The notes under the pieces are model-generated. The model was not told where the DNA came from and did no database searches. It worked only from the letters and a program-made list of their open reading frames with translations. Position numbers and translations under genes: made by a program. A stretch of 64,000 bases of DNA from Auanema rhodensis (lineage: Eukaryota; Animalia; Nematoda): the NCBI GenBank assembly GCA_964057225.1, contig OZ059896.1, forward strand, positions 3,782,001 to 3,846,000. The letters are read 5' to 3'. Below are positions 1 to 15,000 of this stretch, in pieces. The stretch's first letter is position 1, and every line of letters begins with the position of its first letter.

Positions 1-3000
1 GTTACATACCAAGTGCACATCACGTGTACATTTAATTAGCATAAATTAAAGTTCACGTAAATTTCAAAGTCATGGTTACCATGAACCAATATCAATAAAA
101 ATTTGTTTTTAGACTAATATGGACATGGGGAATCTAATTTCGAAAACCGCATCTATTTATCTTTCACGTGAAGCGAGTTACATACCAAGGGCACATCACG
201 TGTACATTTAATTAGCATAAATTAAAGTTCACGTAAATTTCAAAGTCATGGTTACCATGAACCAATATCAATAGAAATTTGTTTTTAGACTAATTTGGAC
301 ATGGGGAATCTAATTTTGAAAACCGCATCTCTTCATCTTTCACGTGAAGCGAGTTACATACCAAGTGCACATCACGTGTACATTTAATTAGCATAAATTA
401 AAGTTCACGTAAATTTCAAAGTCATGGTTACCATGAACCAATGTCAATAAAAATTTGTTTTTAGACTAATATGGACATGGGGAATCTAATTTTGAAAACC
501 GCATCTCTTCATCTTTCACGTGAAGCGAGTTACATACCAAGTGCACATCACGTGTACATTTAATTAGCATAAATTAAAGTTCACGTAAATTTCAAAGTCA
601 TGGTTACCATGAACCAATATCAATAAAAATTTGTTTTTAGACTAATATGGACATGGGGAATCTAATTTCGAAAACCGCATCTATTCATCTTTCACGTGAA
701 GCGAGTTACATACCAAGTGCACATCACGTGTACATTTAATTAGCATAAATTAAAGTTCACGTAAATTTCAAAGTCATGGTTACCATGAACCAATATCAAT
801 AAAAATTTGTTTGTGAACTAATATGGACATGGGGAATCTAATTTTGGAAACCGCATCTCTTCATCTTTCACGTGAAGCGAGTTACATACCAAGTGCACAT
901 CACGTGTACATTTAATTAGCATAAATTAAAGTTCACGTAAATTTCAAAGTCATGGTTACCATGAACCAATATCAATAAAAATTTGTTTTTAGACTAATAT
1001 GGACATGGGGAATCTAATTTCGAAAACCGCATCTATTCATCTTTCACGTGAAGCGAGTTACATACCAAGTGCACATCACGTGTACATTTAATTAGCATAA
1101 ATTAAAGTTCACGTAAATTTCAAAGTCATGGTTACCATGAACCAATATCAATAAAAATTTGTTTGTGAACTAATATGGACATGGGGAATCTAATTTTGGA
1201 AACCGCATCTCTTCATCTTTCACGTGAAGCGAGTTACATACCAAGTGCACATCACGTGTACATTTAATTAGCATAAATAAAAGTTCACGTAAATTTCAAA
1301 GTCATGGTTACCATGAACCAATATCAATAAAAATTTGTTTTTAGACTAATATGGACATGGGGAATCTAATTTTGAAAACCGCATCTCTTCATCTTTCACG
1401 TGAAGCGAGTTACATACCAAGTGCACATCACGTGTACATTTAATTAGCATAAATTAAAGTTCACGTAAATTTCAAAGTCATGGTTACCATGAACCAATGT
1501 CAATAAAAATTTGTTTTTAGACTAATATGGACATGGGGAATCTAATTTTGAAAACCGCATCTCTTTATTTTTCACGTGAAGCGAGTTACATACCAAGTGC
1601 ACATCACGTGTACATTTAATTAGCATAAATTAAAGTTCACGTAAATTTCAAAGTCATGGTTACCATGAACCAATATCAATAAAAATTTGTTTTTAGACTA
1701 ATATGGACATGGGGAATCTAATTTCGAAAACCGCATCTATTTATCTTTCACGTGAAGCGAGTTACATACCAAGTGCACATCACGTGTACAATTAATTAGC
1801 ATAAATTAAAGTTCACGTAAATTTCAAAGTCATGGTTACCATGCACCAATATCAATAAAAATTTGTTTTTAGACTAATATGGACATGGGGAATCTAATTT
1901 TGAAAACCGCATCTCTTTATCTTTCACGTGAAGCGAGTTACATACCAAGTGCACATCACGTGTACATTTAATTAGCATAAATTAAAGTTCACGTAAATTT
2001 CAAAGTCATGGTTACCATGAACCAATATCAATAAAAATTTGTTTTTAGACTAATATGGACATGGGGAATCTAATTTTGAAAACCGCATCTCTTTATCTTT
2101 CACGTGAAGCGAGTTACATACCAAGTGCACATCACGTGTACATTTAATTAGCATTAATTAAAGTTCACGTAAATTTCAAAGTCATGGTTACCATGAACCA
2201 ATATCAATAAAAATTTGTTTTTAGACTAATATGGACATGGGGAATCTAATTTCGGAAACCGCATCTATTTATCTTTCACGTGAAGCGAGTTACATACCAA
2301 GTGCACATCACGTGTACAATTAATTAGCATAAATTAAAGTTCACGTAAATTTCAAAGTCATGGTTACCATGCACCAATATCAATAAAAATTTGTTTTTAG
2401 ACTAATATGGACATGGGGAATCTAATTTTGAAAACCGCATCTCTTTATCTCTCAGGTGAAGCGAGTTACATACCAAGTGCACATCACGTGTACAATTAAT
2501 TAGCATAAATTAAAGTTCACGTAAATTTCAAAGTCATGGTTACCATGCACCAATATCAATAAAAATTTGTTTTTAGACTAATATGGACATGGGGAATCTA
2601 ATTTTGAAAACCGCATCTCTTTATCTCTCACGTGAAGCGAGTTACATACCAAGGGCACATCACGTGTACATTTAATTAGCATTAATTAAAGTTTACGTAA
2701 ATTTCAAAGTCATGGTTACCATGAACCAATATCAATAAAAATTTGTTTGTGAACTAATATGGACATGGGGAATCTAATTTTGAAAACCGCATCTCTTCAT
2801 CTTTCACGTGAAGCGAGTTACATACCAAGTGCACATCACGTGTACATTTAATTAGCATAAATTAAAGTTCACGTAAATTTCAAAGTCATGGTTACCATGA
2901 ACCAATGTCAATAAAAATTTGTTTTTAGACTAATATGGACATGGGGAATCTAATTTTGAAAACCGCATCTCTTTATTTTTCACGTGAAGCGAGTTACATA

Positions 3001-6000
3001 CCAAGTGCACATCACGTGTACATTTAATTAGCATAAATTAAAGTTCACGTAAATTTCAAAGTCATGGTTACCATGAACCAATATCAATAAAAATTTGTTT
3101 TTAGACTAATTTGGACATGGGGAATCTAATTTTGAAAACCGCATCTCTTCATCTTTCACGTGAAGCGAGTTACATACCAAGTGCACATCACGTGTACATT
3201 TAATTAGCATAAATTAAAGTTCACGTAAATTTCAAAGTCATGGTTACCATGAACCAATGTCAATAAAAATTTGTTTGTGAACTAATATGGACATGGGGAA
3301 TCTAATTTTGGAAACCGCATCTCTTCATCTTTCACGTGAAGCGAGTTACATACCGAGTGCACATCACGTGTACATTTAATTAGCATAAATTAAAGTTCAC
3401 GTAAATTTCAAAGTCATGGTTACCATGAACCAATATCAATAAAAATTTGTTTTTAGACTAATATGGACATGGGGAATCTAATTTTGGAAACCGCATCTCT
3501 TTATCTTTCACGTGAAGCGAGTTACATACCAAGTGCACATCACGTGTACATTTAATTAGCATAAATTAAAGTTCACGTAAATTTCAAAGTCATGGTTACC
3601 ATGAACCAATATCAATAAAAATTTGTTTTTAGACTAATATGGACATGGGGAATCTAATTTCGAAAACCGCATCTATTTATCTTTCACGTGAAGCGAGTTA
3701 CATACCAAGTGCACATCACGTGTACATTTAATTAGCATAAATTAAAGTTCACGTAAATTTCAAAGTCATGGTTACCATGAACCAATATCAATAGAAATTT
3801 GTTTTTAGACTAATTTGGACATGGGGAATCTAATTTTGTAAACCGCATCTCTTCATCTTTCACGTGAAGCGAGTTACATACCAAGTGCACATCACGTGTA
3901 CATTTAATTAGCATAAATTAAAGTTCACGTAAATTTCAAAGTCATGGTTACCATGAACCAATGTCAATAAAAATTTGTTTTTAGACTAATATGGACATGG
4001 GGAATCTAATTTTGAAAACCGCATCTCTTCATCTTTCACGTGAAGCGAGTTACATACCAAGTGCACATCACGTGTACATTTAATTAGCATAAATTAAAGT
4101 TCACGTAAATTTCAAAGTCATGGTTACCATGAACCAATATCAATAAAAATTTGTTTTTAGACTAATATGGACATGGGGAATCTAATTTCGAAAACCGCAT
4201 CTATTCATCTTTCACGTGAAGCGAGTTACATACCAAGTGCACATCACGTGTACATTTAATTAGCATAAATTAAAGTTCACGTAAATTTCAAAGTCATGGT
4301 TACCATGAACCAATATCAATAAAAATTTGTTTGTGAACTAATATGGACATGGGGAATCTAATTTTGGAAACCGCATCTCTTCATCTTTCACGTGAAGCGA
4401 GTTACATACCAAGTGCACATCACGTGTACATTTAATTAGCATAAATAAAAGTTCACGTAAATTTCAAAGTCATGGTTACCATGAACCAATATCAATAAAA
4501 ATTTGTTTTTAGACTAATATGGACATGGGGAATCTAATTTTGAAAACCGCATCTCTTCATCTTTCACGTGAAGCGAGTTACATACCAAGTGCACATCACG
4601 TGTACATTTAATTAGCATAAATTAAAGTTCACGTAAATTTCAAAGTCATGGTTACCATGAACCAATGTCAATAAAAATTTGTTTTTAGACTAATATGGAC
4701 ATGAGGAATCTAATTGTGAAAACCGCATCTCTTTATTTTTTACGTGAAGCGAGTTACATACCAAGTGCACATCACGTGTACATTTAATTAGCATAAATTA
4801 AAGTTCACGTAAATTTCAAAGTCATGGTTACCATGAACCAATGTCAATAAAAATTTGTTTGTGAACTAATATGGACATGGGGAATCTAATTTTGGAAACC
4901 GCATCTCTTCATCTTTCACGTGAAGCGAGTTACATACCAAGGGCACATCACGTGTACATTTAATTAGCATTAATTAAAGTTTACGTAAATTTCAAAGTCA
5001 TGGTTACCATGAACCAATATCAATAAAAATTTGTTTGTGAACTAATATGGACATGGGGAATCTAATTTTGAAAACCGCATCTCTTCATCTATCACGTGAA
5101 GCGAGTTACATACCAAGTGCACATCACGTGTACATTTAATTAGCATAAATTAAAGTTCACGTAAATTTCAAAGTCATGGTTACCATGAACCAATGTCAAT
5201 AAAAATTTGTTTTTAGACTAATATGGACATGGGGAATCTAATTTTGAAAACCGCATCTCTTTATTTTTCACGTGAAGCGAGTTACATACCAAGTGCACAT
5301 CACGTGTACATTTAATTAGCATAAATTAAAGTTCACGTAAATTTCAAAGTCATGGTTACCATGAACCAATATCAATAAAAATTTGTTTTTAGACTAATTT
5401 GGACATGGGGAATCTAATTTTGAAAACCGCATCTCTTCATCTTTCACGTGAAGCGAGTTACATACCAAGTGCACATCACGTGTACATTTAATTAGCATAA
5501 ATTAAAGTTCACGTAAATTTCAAAGTCATGGTTACCATGAACCAATGTCAATAAAAATTTGTTTGTGAACTAATATGGACATGGGGAATCTAATTTTGGA
5601 AACCGCATCTCTTCATCTTTCACGTGAAGCGAGTTACATACCGAGTGCACATCACGTGTACATTTAATTAGCATAAATTAAAGTTCACGTAAATTTCAAA
5701 GTCATGGTTACCATGAACCAATATCAATAAAAATTTGTTTTTAGACTAATATGGACATGGGGAATCTAATTTCGAAAACCGCATCTATTCATCTTTCACG
5801 TGAAGCGAGTTACATACCAAGTGCACATCACGTGTACATTTAATTAGCATAAATTAAAGTTCACGTAAATTTCAAAGTCATGGTTACCATGAACCAATAT
5901 CAATAAAAATTTGTTTGTGAACTAATATGGACATGGGGAATCTAATTTTGGAAACCGCATCTCTTCATCTTTCACGTGAAGCGAGTTACATACCAAGTGC

Positions 6001-9000
6001 ACATCACGTGTACATTTAATTAGCATAAATAAAAGTTCACGTAAATTTCAAAGTCATGGTTACCATGAACCAATATCAATAAAAATTTGTTTTTAGACTA
6101 ATATGGACATGGGGAATCTAATTTTGAAAACCGCATCTCTTCATCTTTCACGTGAAGCGAGTTACATACCAAGTGCACATCACGTGTACATTTAATTAGC
6201 ATAAATTAAAGTTCACGTAAATTTCAAAGTCATGGTTACCATGAACCAATGTCAATAAAAATTTGTTTTTAGACTAATATGGACATGGGGAATCTAATTT
6301 TGAAAACCGCATCTCTTTATTTTTCACGTGAAGCGAGTTACATACCAAGTGCACATCACGTGTACATTTAATTAGCATAAATTAAAGTTCACGTAAATTT
6401 CAAAGTCATGGTTACCATGAACCAATATCAATAAAAATTTGTTTTTAGACTAATATGGACATGGGGAATCTAATTTCGAAAACCGCATCTATTTATCTTT
6501 CACGTGAAGCGAGTTACATACCAAGTGCACATCACGTGTACAATTAATTAGCATAAATTAAAGTTCACGTAAATTTCAAAGTCATGGTTACCATGCACCA
6601 ATATCAATAAAAATTTGTTTTTAGACTAATATGGACATGGGGAATCTAATTTTGAAAACCGCATCTCTTTATCTCTCAGGTGAAGCGAGTTACATACCAA
6701 GTGCACATCACGTGTACAATTAATTAGCATAAATTAAAGTTCACGTAAATTTCAAAGTCATGGTTACCATGCACCAATATCGATAAAAATTTGTTTTTAG
6801 ACTAATATGGACATGGGGAATCTAATTTTGAAAACCGCATCTCTTTATCTTTCACGTGAAGCGAGTTACATACCAAGTGCACATCACGTGTACATTTAAT
6901 TAGCATAAATTAAAGTTCACGTAAATTTCAAAGTCATGGTTACCATGAACCAATGTCAATAAAAATTTGTTTTTAGACTAATATGGACATGGGGAATCTA
7001 ATTTTGAAAACCGCATCTCTTTATCTCTCAGGTGAAGCGAGTTACATACCAAGTGCACATCACGTGTACAATTAATTAGCATAAATTAAAGTTCACGTAA
7101 ATTTCAAAGTCATGGTTACCATGCACCAATATCAATAAAAATTTGTTTTTAGACTAATATGGACATGGGGAATCTAATTTTGAAAACCGCATCTCTTTAT
7201 CTTTCACGTGAAGCGAGTTACATACCAAGTGCACATCACGTGTACATTTAATTAGCATAAATTAAAGTTCACGTAAATTTCAAAGTCATGGTTACCATGA
7301 ACCAATATCAATAAAAATTTGTTTTTAGACTAATATGGACATGGGGAATCTAATTTTGAAAACCGCATCTCTTTATCTTTCACGTGAAGCGAGTTACATA
7401 CCAAGTGCACATCACGTGTACATTTAATTAGCATTAATTAAAGTTCACGTAAATTTCAAAGTCATGGTTACCATGAACCAATATCAATAAAAATTTGTTT
7501 TTAGACTAATATGGACATGGGGAATCTAATTTCGAAAACCGCATCTATTTATCTTTCACGTGAAGCGAGTTACATACCAAGTGCACATCACGTGTACAAT
7601 TAATTAGCATAAATTAAAGTTCACGTAAATTTCAAAGTCATGGTTACCATGCACCAATATCAATAAAAATTTGTTTTTAGACTAATATGGACATGGGGAA
7701 TCTAATTTTGAAAACCGCATCTCTTTATCTCTCAGGTGAAGCGAGTTACATACCAAGTGCACATCACGTGTACAATTAATTAGCATAAATTAAAGTTCAC
7801 GTAAATTTCAAAGTCATGGTTACCATGCACCAATATCAATAAAAATTTGTTTTTAGACTAATATGGACATGGGGAATCTAATTTTGAAAACCGCATCTCT
7901 TTATCTCTCACGTGAAGCGAGTTACATACCAAGGGCACATCACGTGTACATTTAATTAGCATTAATTAAAGTTTACGTAAATTTCAAAGTCATGGTTACC
8001 ATGAACCAATATCAATAAAAATTTGTTTGTGAACTAATATGGACATGGGGAATCTAATTTTGAAAACCGCATCTCTTCATCTTTCACGTGAAGCGAGTTA
8101 CATACCAAGTGCACATCACGTGTACATTTAATTAGCATAAATTAAAGTTCACGTAAATTTCAAAGTCATGGTTACCATGAACCAATGTCAATAAAAATTT
8201 GTTTTTAGACTAATATGGACATGGGGAATCTAATTTTGAAAACCGCATCTCTTTATTTTTCACGTGAAGCGAGTTACATACCAAGTGCACATCACGTGTA
8301 CATTTAATTAGCATAAATTAAAGTTCACGTAAATTTCAAAGTCATGGTTACCATGAACCAATATCAATAAAAATTTGTTTTTAGACTAATTTGGACATGG
8401 GGAATCTAATTTTGAAAACCGCATCTCTTCATCTTTCACGTGAAGCGAGTTACATACCAAGTGCACATCACGTGTACATTTAATTAGCATAAATTAAAGT
8501 TCACGTAAATTTCAAAGTCATGGTTACCATGAACCAATGTCAATAAAAATTTGTTTGTGAACTAATATGGACATGGGGAATCTAATTTTGGAAACCGCAT
8601 CTCTTCATCTTTCACGTGAAGCGAGTTACATACCGAGTGCACATCACGTGTACATTTAATTAGCATAAATTAAAGTTCACGTAAATTTCAAAGTCATGGT
8701 TACCATGAACCAATATCAATAAAAATTTGTTTTTAGACTAATATGGACATGGGGAATCTAATTTTGGAAACCGCATCTCTTTATCTTTCACGTGAAGCGA
8801 GTTACATACCAAGTGCACATCACGTGTACATTTAATTAGCATAAATTAAAGTTCACGTAAATTTCAAAGTCATGGTTACCATGAACCAATATCAATAAAA
8901 ATTTGTTTTTAGACTAATATGGACATGGGGAATCTAATTTCGAAAACCGCATCTATTTATCTTTCACGTGAAGCGAGTTACATACCAAGTGCACATCACG

Positions 9001-12000
9001 TGTACATTTAATTAGCATAAATTAAAGTTCACGTAAATTTCAAAGTCATGGTTACCATGAACCAATATCAATAGAAATTTGTTTTTAGACTAATTTGGAC
9101 ATGGGGAATCTAATTTTGTAAACCGCATCTCTTCATCTTTCACGTGAAGCGAGTTACATACCAAGTGCACATCACGTGTACATTTAATTAGCATAAATTA
9201 AAGTTCACGTAAATTTCAAAGTCATGGTTACCATGAACCAATGTCAATAAAAATTTGTTTTTAGACTAATATGGACATGGGGAATCTAATTTTGAAAACC
9301 GCATCTCTTCATCTTTCACGTGAAGCGAGTTACATACCAAGTGCACATCACGTGTACATTTAATTAGCATAAATTAAAGTTCACGTAAATTTCAAAGTCA
9401 TGGTTACCATGAACCAATATCAATAAAAATTTGTTTTTAGACTAATATGGACATGGGGAATCTAATTTCGAAAACCGCATCTATTCATCTTTCACGTGAA
9501 GCGAGTTACATACCAAGTGCACATCACGTGTACATTTAATTAGCATAAATTAAAGTTCACGTAAATTTCAAAGTCATGGTTACCATGAACCAATATCAAT
9601 AAAAATTTGTTTGTGAACTAATATGGACATGGGGAATCTAATTTTGGAAACCGCATCTCTTCATCTTTCACGTGAAGCGAGTTACATACCAAGTGCACAT
9701 CACGTGTACATTTAATTAGCATAAATAAAAGTTCACGTAAATTTCAAAGTCATGGTTACCATGAACCAATATCAATAAAAATTTGTTTTTAGACTAATAT
9801 GGACATGGGGAATCTAATTTTGAAAACCGCATCTCTTCATCTTTCACGTGAAGCGAGTTACATACCAAGTGCACATCACGTGTACATTTAATTAGCATAA
9901 ATTAAAGTTCACGTAAATTTCAAAGTCATGGTTACCATGAACCAATGTCAATAAAAATTTGTTTTTAGACTAATATGGACATGAGGAATCTAATTGTGAA
10001 AACCGCATCTCTTTATTTTTCACGTGAAGCGAGTTACATACCAAGTGCACATCACGTGTACATTTAATTAGCATAAATTAAAGTTCACGTAAATTTCAAA
10101 GTCATGGTTACCATGAACCAATGTCAATAAAAATTTGTTTTTAGACTAATATGGACATGGGGAATCTAATTTTGAAAACCGCATCTCTTCATCTTTCACG
10201 TGAAGCGAGTTACATACCAAGTGCACATCACGTGTACATTTAATTAGCATAAATTAAAGTTCACGTAAATTTCAAAGTCATGGTTACCATGAACCAATAT
10301 CAATAAAAATTTGTTTTTAGACTAATATGGACATGGGGAATCTAATTTCGAAAACCGCATCTATTCATCTTTCACGTGAAGCGAGTTACATACCAAGTGC
10401 ACATTACGTGTACATTTAATTAGCATAAATTAAAGTTCACGTAAATTTCAAAGTCATGGTTACCATGAACCAATATCAATAAAAATTTGTTTGTGAACTA
10501 ATATGGACATGGGGAATCTAATTTTGGAAACCGCATCTCTTCATCTTTCACGTGAAGCGAGTTACATACCAAGTGCACATCACGTGTACATTTAATTAGC
10601 ATAAATTAAAGTTCACGTAAATTTCAAAGTCATGGTTACCATGAACCAATATCAATAAAAATTTGTTTTTAGACTAATATGGACATGGGGAATCTAATTT
10701 CGAAAACCGCATCTATTTATTTTTCACGTGAAGCGAGTTACATACCAAGTGCACATCACGTGTACATTTAATTAGCATAAATTAAAGTTCACGTAAATTT
10801 CAAAGTCATGGTTACCATGAACCAATGTCAATAAAAATTTGTTTTTAGACTAATATGGACATGGGGAATCTAATTTTGAAAACCGCATCTCTTCATCTTT
10901 CACGTGAAGCGAGTTACATACCAAGTGCACATCACGTGTACATTTAATTAGCATAAATTAAAGTTCACGTAAATTTCAAAGTCATGGTTACCATGAACCA
11001 ATATCAATAAAAATTTGTTTTTAGACTAATATGGACATGGGGAATCTAATTTCGAAAACCGCATCTATTCATCTTTCACGTGAAGCGAGTTACATACCAA
11101 GTGCACATCACGTGTACATTTAATTAGCATAAATTAAAGTTCACGTAAATTTCAAAGTCATGGTTACCATGAACCAATATCAATAAAAATTTGTTTGTGA
11201 ACTAATATGGACATGGGGAATCTAATTTTGGAAACCGCATCTCTTCATCTTTCACGTGAAGCGAGTTACATACCAAGTGCACATCACGTGTACATTTAAT
11301 TAGCATAAATAAAAGTTCACGTAAATTTCAAAGTCATGGTTACCATGAACCAATATCAATAAAAATTTGTTTTTAGACTAATATGGACATGGGGAATCTA
11401 ATTTTGAAAACCGCATCTCTTCATCTTTCACGTGAAGCGAGTTACATACCAAGTGCACATCACGTGTACATTTAATTAGCATAAATTAAAGTTCACGTAA
11501 ATTTCAAAGTCATGGTTACCATGAACCAATGTCAATAAAAATTTGTTTTTAGACTAATATGGACATGAGGAATCTAATTGTGAAAACCGCATCTCTTTAT
11601 TTTTCACGTGAAGCGAGTTACATACCAAGTGCACATCACGTGTACATTTAATTAGCATAAATTAAAGTTCACGTAAATTTCAAAGTCATGGTTACCATGA
11701 ACCAATGTCAATAAAAATTTGTTTTTAGACTAATATGGACATGGGGAATCTAATTTTGAAAACCGCATCTCTTCATCTTTCACGTGAAGCGAGTTACATA
11801 CCAAGTGCACATCACGTGTACATTTAATTAGCATAAATTAAAGTTCACGTAAATTTCAAAGTCATGGTTACCATGAACCAATATCAATAAAAATTTGTTT
11901 TTAGACTAATATGGACATGGGGAATCTAATTTCGAAAACCGCATCTATTCATCTTTCACGTGAAGCGAGTTACATACCAAGTGCACATCACGTGTACATT

Positions 12001-15000
12001 TAATTAGCATAAATTAAAGTTCACGTAAATTTCAAAGTCATGGTTACCATGAACCAATATCAATAAAAATTTGTTTGTGAACTAATATGGACATGGGGAA
12101 TCTAATTTTGGAAACCGCATCTCTTCATCTTTCACGTGAAGCGAGTTACATACCAAGTGCACATCACGTGTACATTTAATTAGCATAAATAAAAGTTCAC
12201 GTAAATTTCAAAGTCATGGTTACCATGAACCAATATCAATAAAAATTTGTTTTTAGACTAATATGGACATGGGGAATCTAATTTTGAAAACCGCATCTCT
12301 TCATCTTTCACGTGAAGCGAGTTACATACCAAGTGCACATCACGTGTACATTTAATTAGCATAAATTAAAGTTCACGTAAATTTCAAAGTCATGGTTACC
12401 ATGAACCAATGTCAATAAAAATTTGTTTTTAGACTAATATGGACATGAGGAATCTAATTGTGAAAACCGCATCTCTTTATTTTTCACGTGAAGCGAGTTA
12501 CATACCAAGTGCACATCACGTGTACATTTAATTAGCATAAATTAAAGTTCACGTAAATTTCAAAGTCATGGTTACCATGAACCAATATCAATAAAAATTT
12601 GTTTTTAGACTAATATGGACATGGGGAATCTAATTTCGAAAACCGCATCTATTTATCTTTCACGTGAAGCGAGTTACATACCAAGTGCACATCACGTGTA
12701 CAATTAATTAGCATAAATTAAAGTTCACGTAAATTTCAAAGTCATGGTTACCATGCACCAATATCAATAAAAATTTGTTTTTAGACTAATATGGACATGG
12801 GGAATCTAATTTTGAAAACCGCATCTCTTTATCTCTCAGGTGAAGAGAGTTACATACCAAGTGCACATCACGTGTACAATTAATTAGCATAAATTAAAGT
12901 TCACGTAAATTTCAAAGTCATGGTTACCATGCACCAATATCAATAAAAATTTGTTTTTAGACTAATATGGACATGGGGAATCTAATTTTGAAAACCGCAT
13001 CTCTTTATCTTTCACGTGAAGCGAGTTACATACCAAGTGCACATCACGTGTACATTTAATTAGCATAAATTAAAGTTCACGTAAATTTCAAAGTCATGGT
13101 TACCATGAACCAATGTCAATAAAAATTTGTTTTTAGACTAATATGGACATGGGGAATCTAATTTTGAAAACCGCATCTCTTTATCTCTCAGGTGAAGCGA
13201 GTTACATACCAAGTGCACATCACGTGTACAATTAATTAGCATAAATTAAAGTTCACGTAAATTTCAAAGTCATGGTTACCATGCACCAATATCAATAAAA
13301 ATTTGTTTTTAGACTAATATGGACATGGGGAATCTAATTTTGAAAACCGCATCTCTTTATCTTTCACGTGAAGCGAGTTACATACCAAGTGCACATCACG
13401 TGTACATTTAATTAGCATAAATTAAAGTTCACGTAAATTTCAAAGTCATGGTTACCATGAACCAATATCAATAAAAATTTGTTTTTAGACTAATATGGAC
13501 ATGGGGAATCTAATTTTGAAAACCGCATCTCTTTATCTTTCACGTGAAGCGAGTTACATACCAAGTGCACATCACGTGTACATTTAATTAGCATTAATTA
13601 AAGTTCACGTAAATTTCAAAGTCATGGTTACCATGAACCAATATCAATAAAAATTTGTTTTTAGACTAATATGGACATGGGGAATCTAATTTCGAAAACC
13701 GCATCTATTTATCTTTCACGTGAAGCGAGTTACATACCAAGTGCACATCACGTGTACAATTAATTAGCATAAATTAAAGTTCACGTAAATTTCAAAGTCA
13801 TGGTTACCATGCACCAATATCAATAAAAATTTGTTTTTAGACTAATATGGACATGGGGAATCTAATTTTGAAAACCGCATCTCTTTATCTCTCAGGTGAA
13901 GCGAGTTACATACCAAGTGCACATCACGTGTACAATTAATTAGCATAAATTAAAGTTCACGTAAATTTCAAAGTCATGGTTACCATGCACCAATATCAAT
14001 AAAAATTTGTTTTTAGACTAATATGGACATGGGAAATCTAATTTTGAAAACCGCATCTCTTTATTTTTCACGTGAAGCGAGTTACATACCAAGTGCACAT
14101 CACGTGTACATTTAATTAGCATAAATTAAAGTTCACGTAAATTTCAAAGTCATGGTTACCATGAACCAATATCAATAAAAACTTGTTTTTAGACTAATTT
14201 GGACATGGGGAATCTAATTTTGAAAACCGCATCTATTTATCTTTCACGTGAAGCGAGTTACATACCAAGTGCACATCACGTGTACATTTAATTAGCATAA
14301 ATTAAAGTTCACGTAAATTTCAAAGTCATGGTTACCATGAACCAATATCAATAAAAATTTGTTTTTAGACTAATATGGACATGGGGAATCTAATTTCGAA
14401 AACCGCATCTATTTATTTTTCACGTGAAGCGAGTTACATACCAAGTGCACATCACGTGTACATTTAATTAGCATAAATTAAAGTTCACGTAAATTTCAAA
14501 GTCATGGTTACCATGAACCAATATCAATAAAAATTTGTTTTTAGACTAATATGGACATGGGGAATCTAATTTCGAAAACCGCATCTATTTATTTTTCACG
14601 TGAAGCGAGTTACATACCAAGTGCACATCACGTGTACATTTAATTAGCATAAATTAAAGTTCACGTAAATTTCAAAGTCATGGTTACCATGAACCAATAT
14701 CAATAAAAATTTGTTTTTAGACTAATATGGACATGGGGAATCTAATTTCGAAAACCGCATCTATTTATCTTTCACGTGAAGCGAGTTACATACCAAGTGC
14801 ACATCACGTGTACAATTAATTAGCATAAATTAAAGTTCACGTAAATTTCAAAGTCATGGTTACCATGCACCAATATCAATAAAAATTTGTTTTTAGACTA
14901 ATATGGACATGGGGAATCTAATTTTGAAAACCGCATCTCTTTATCTCTCAGGTGAAGCGAGTTACATACCAAGTGCACATCACGTGTACAATTAATTAGC

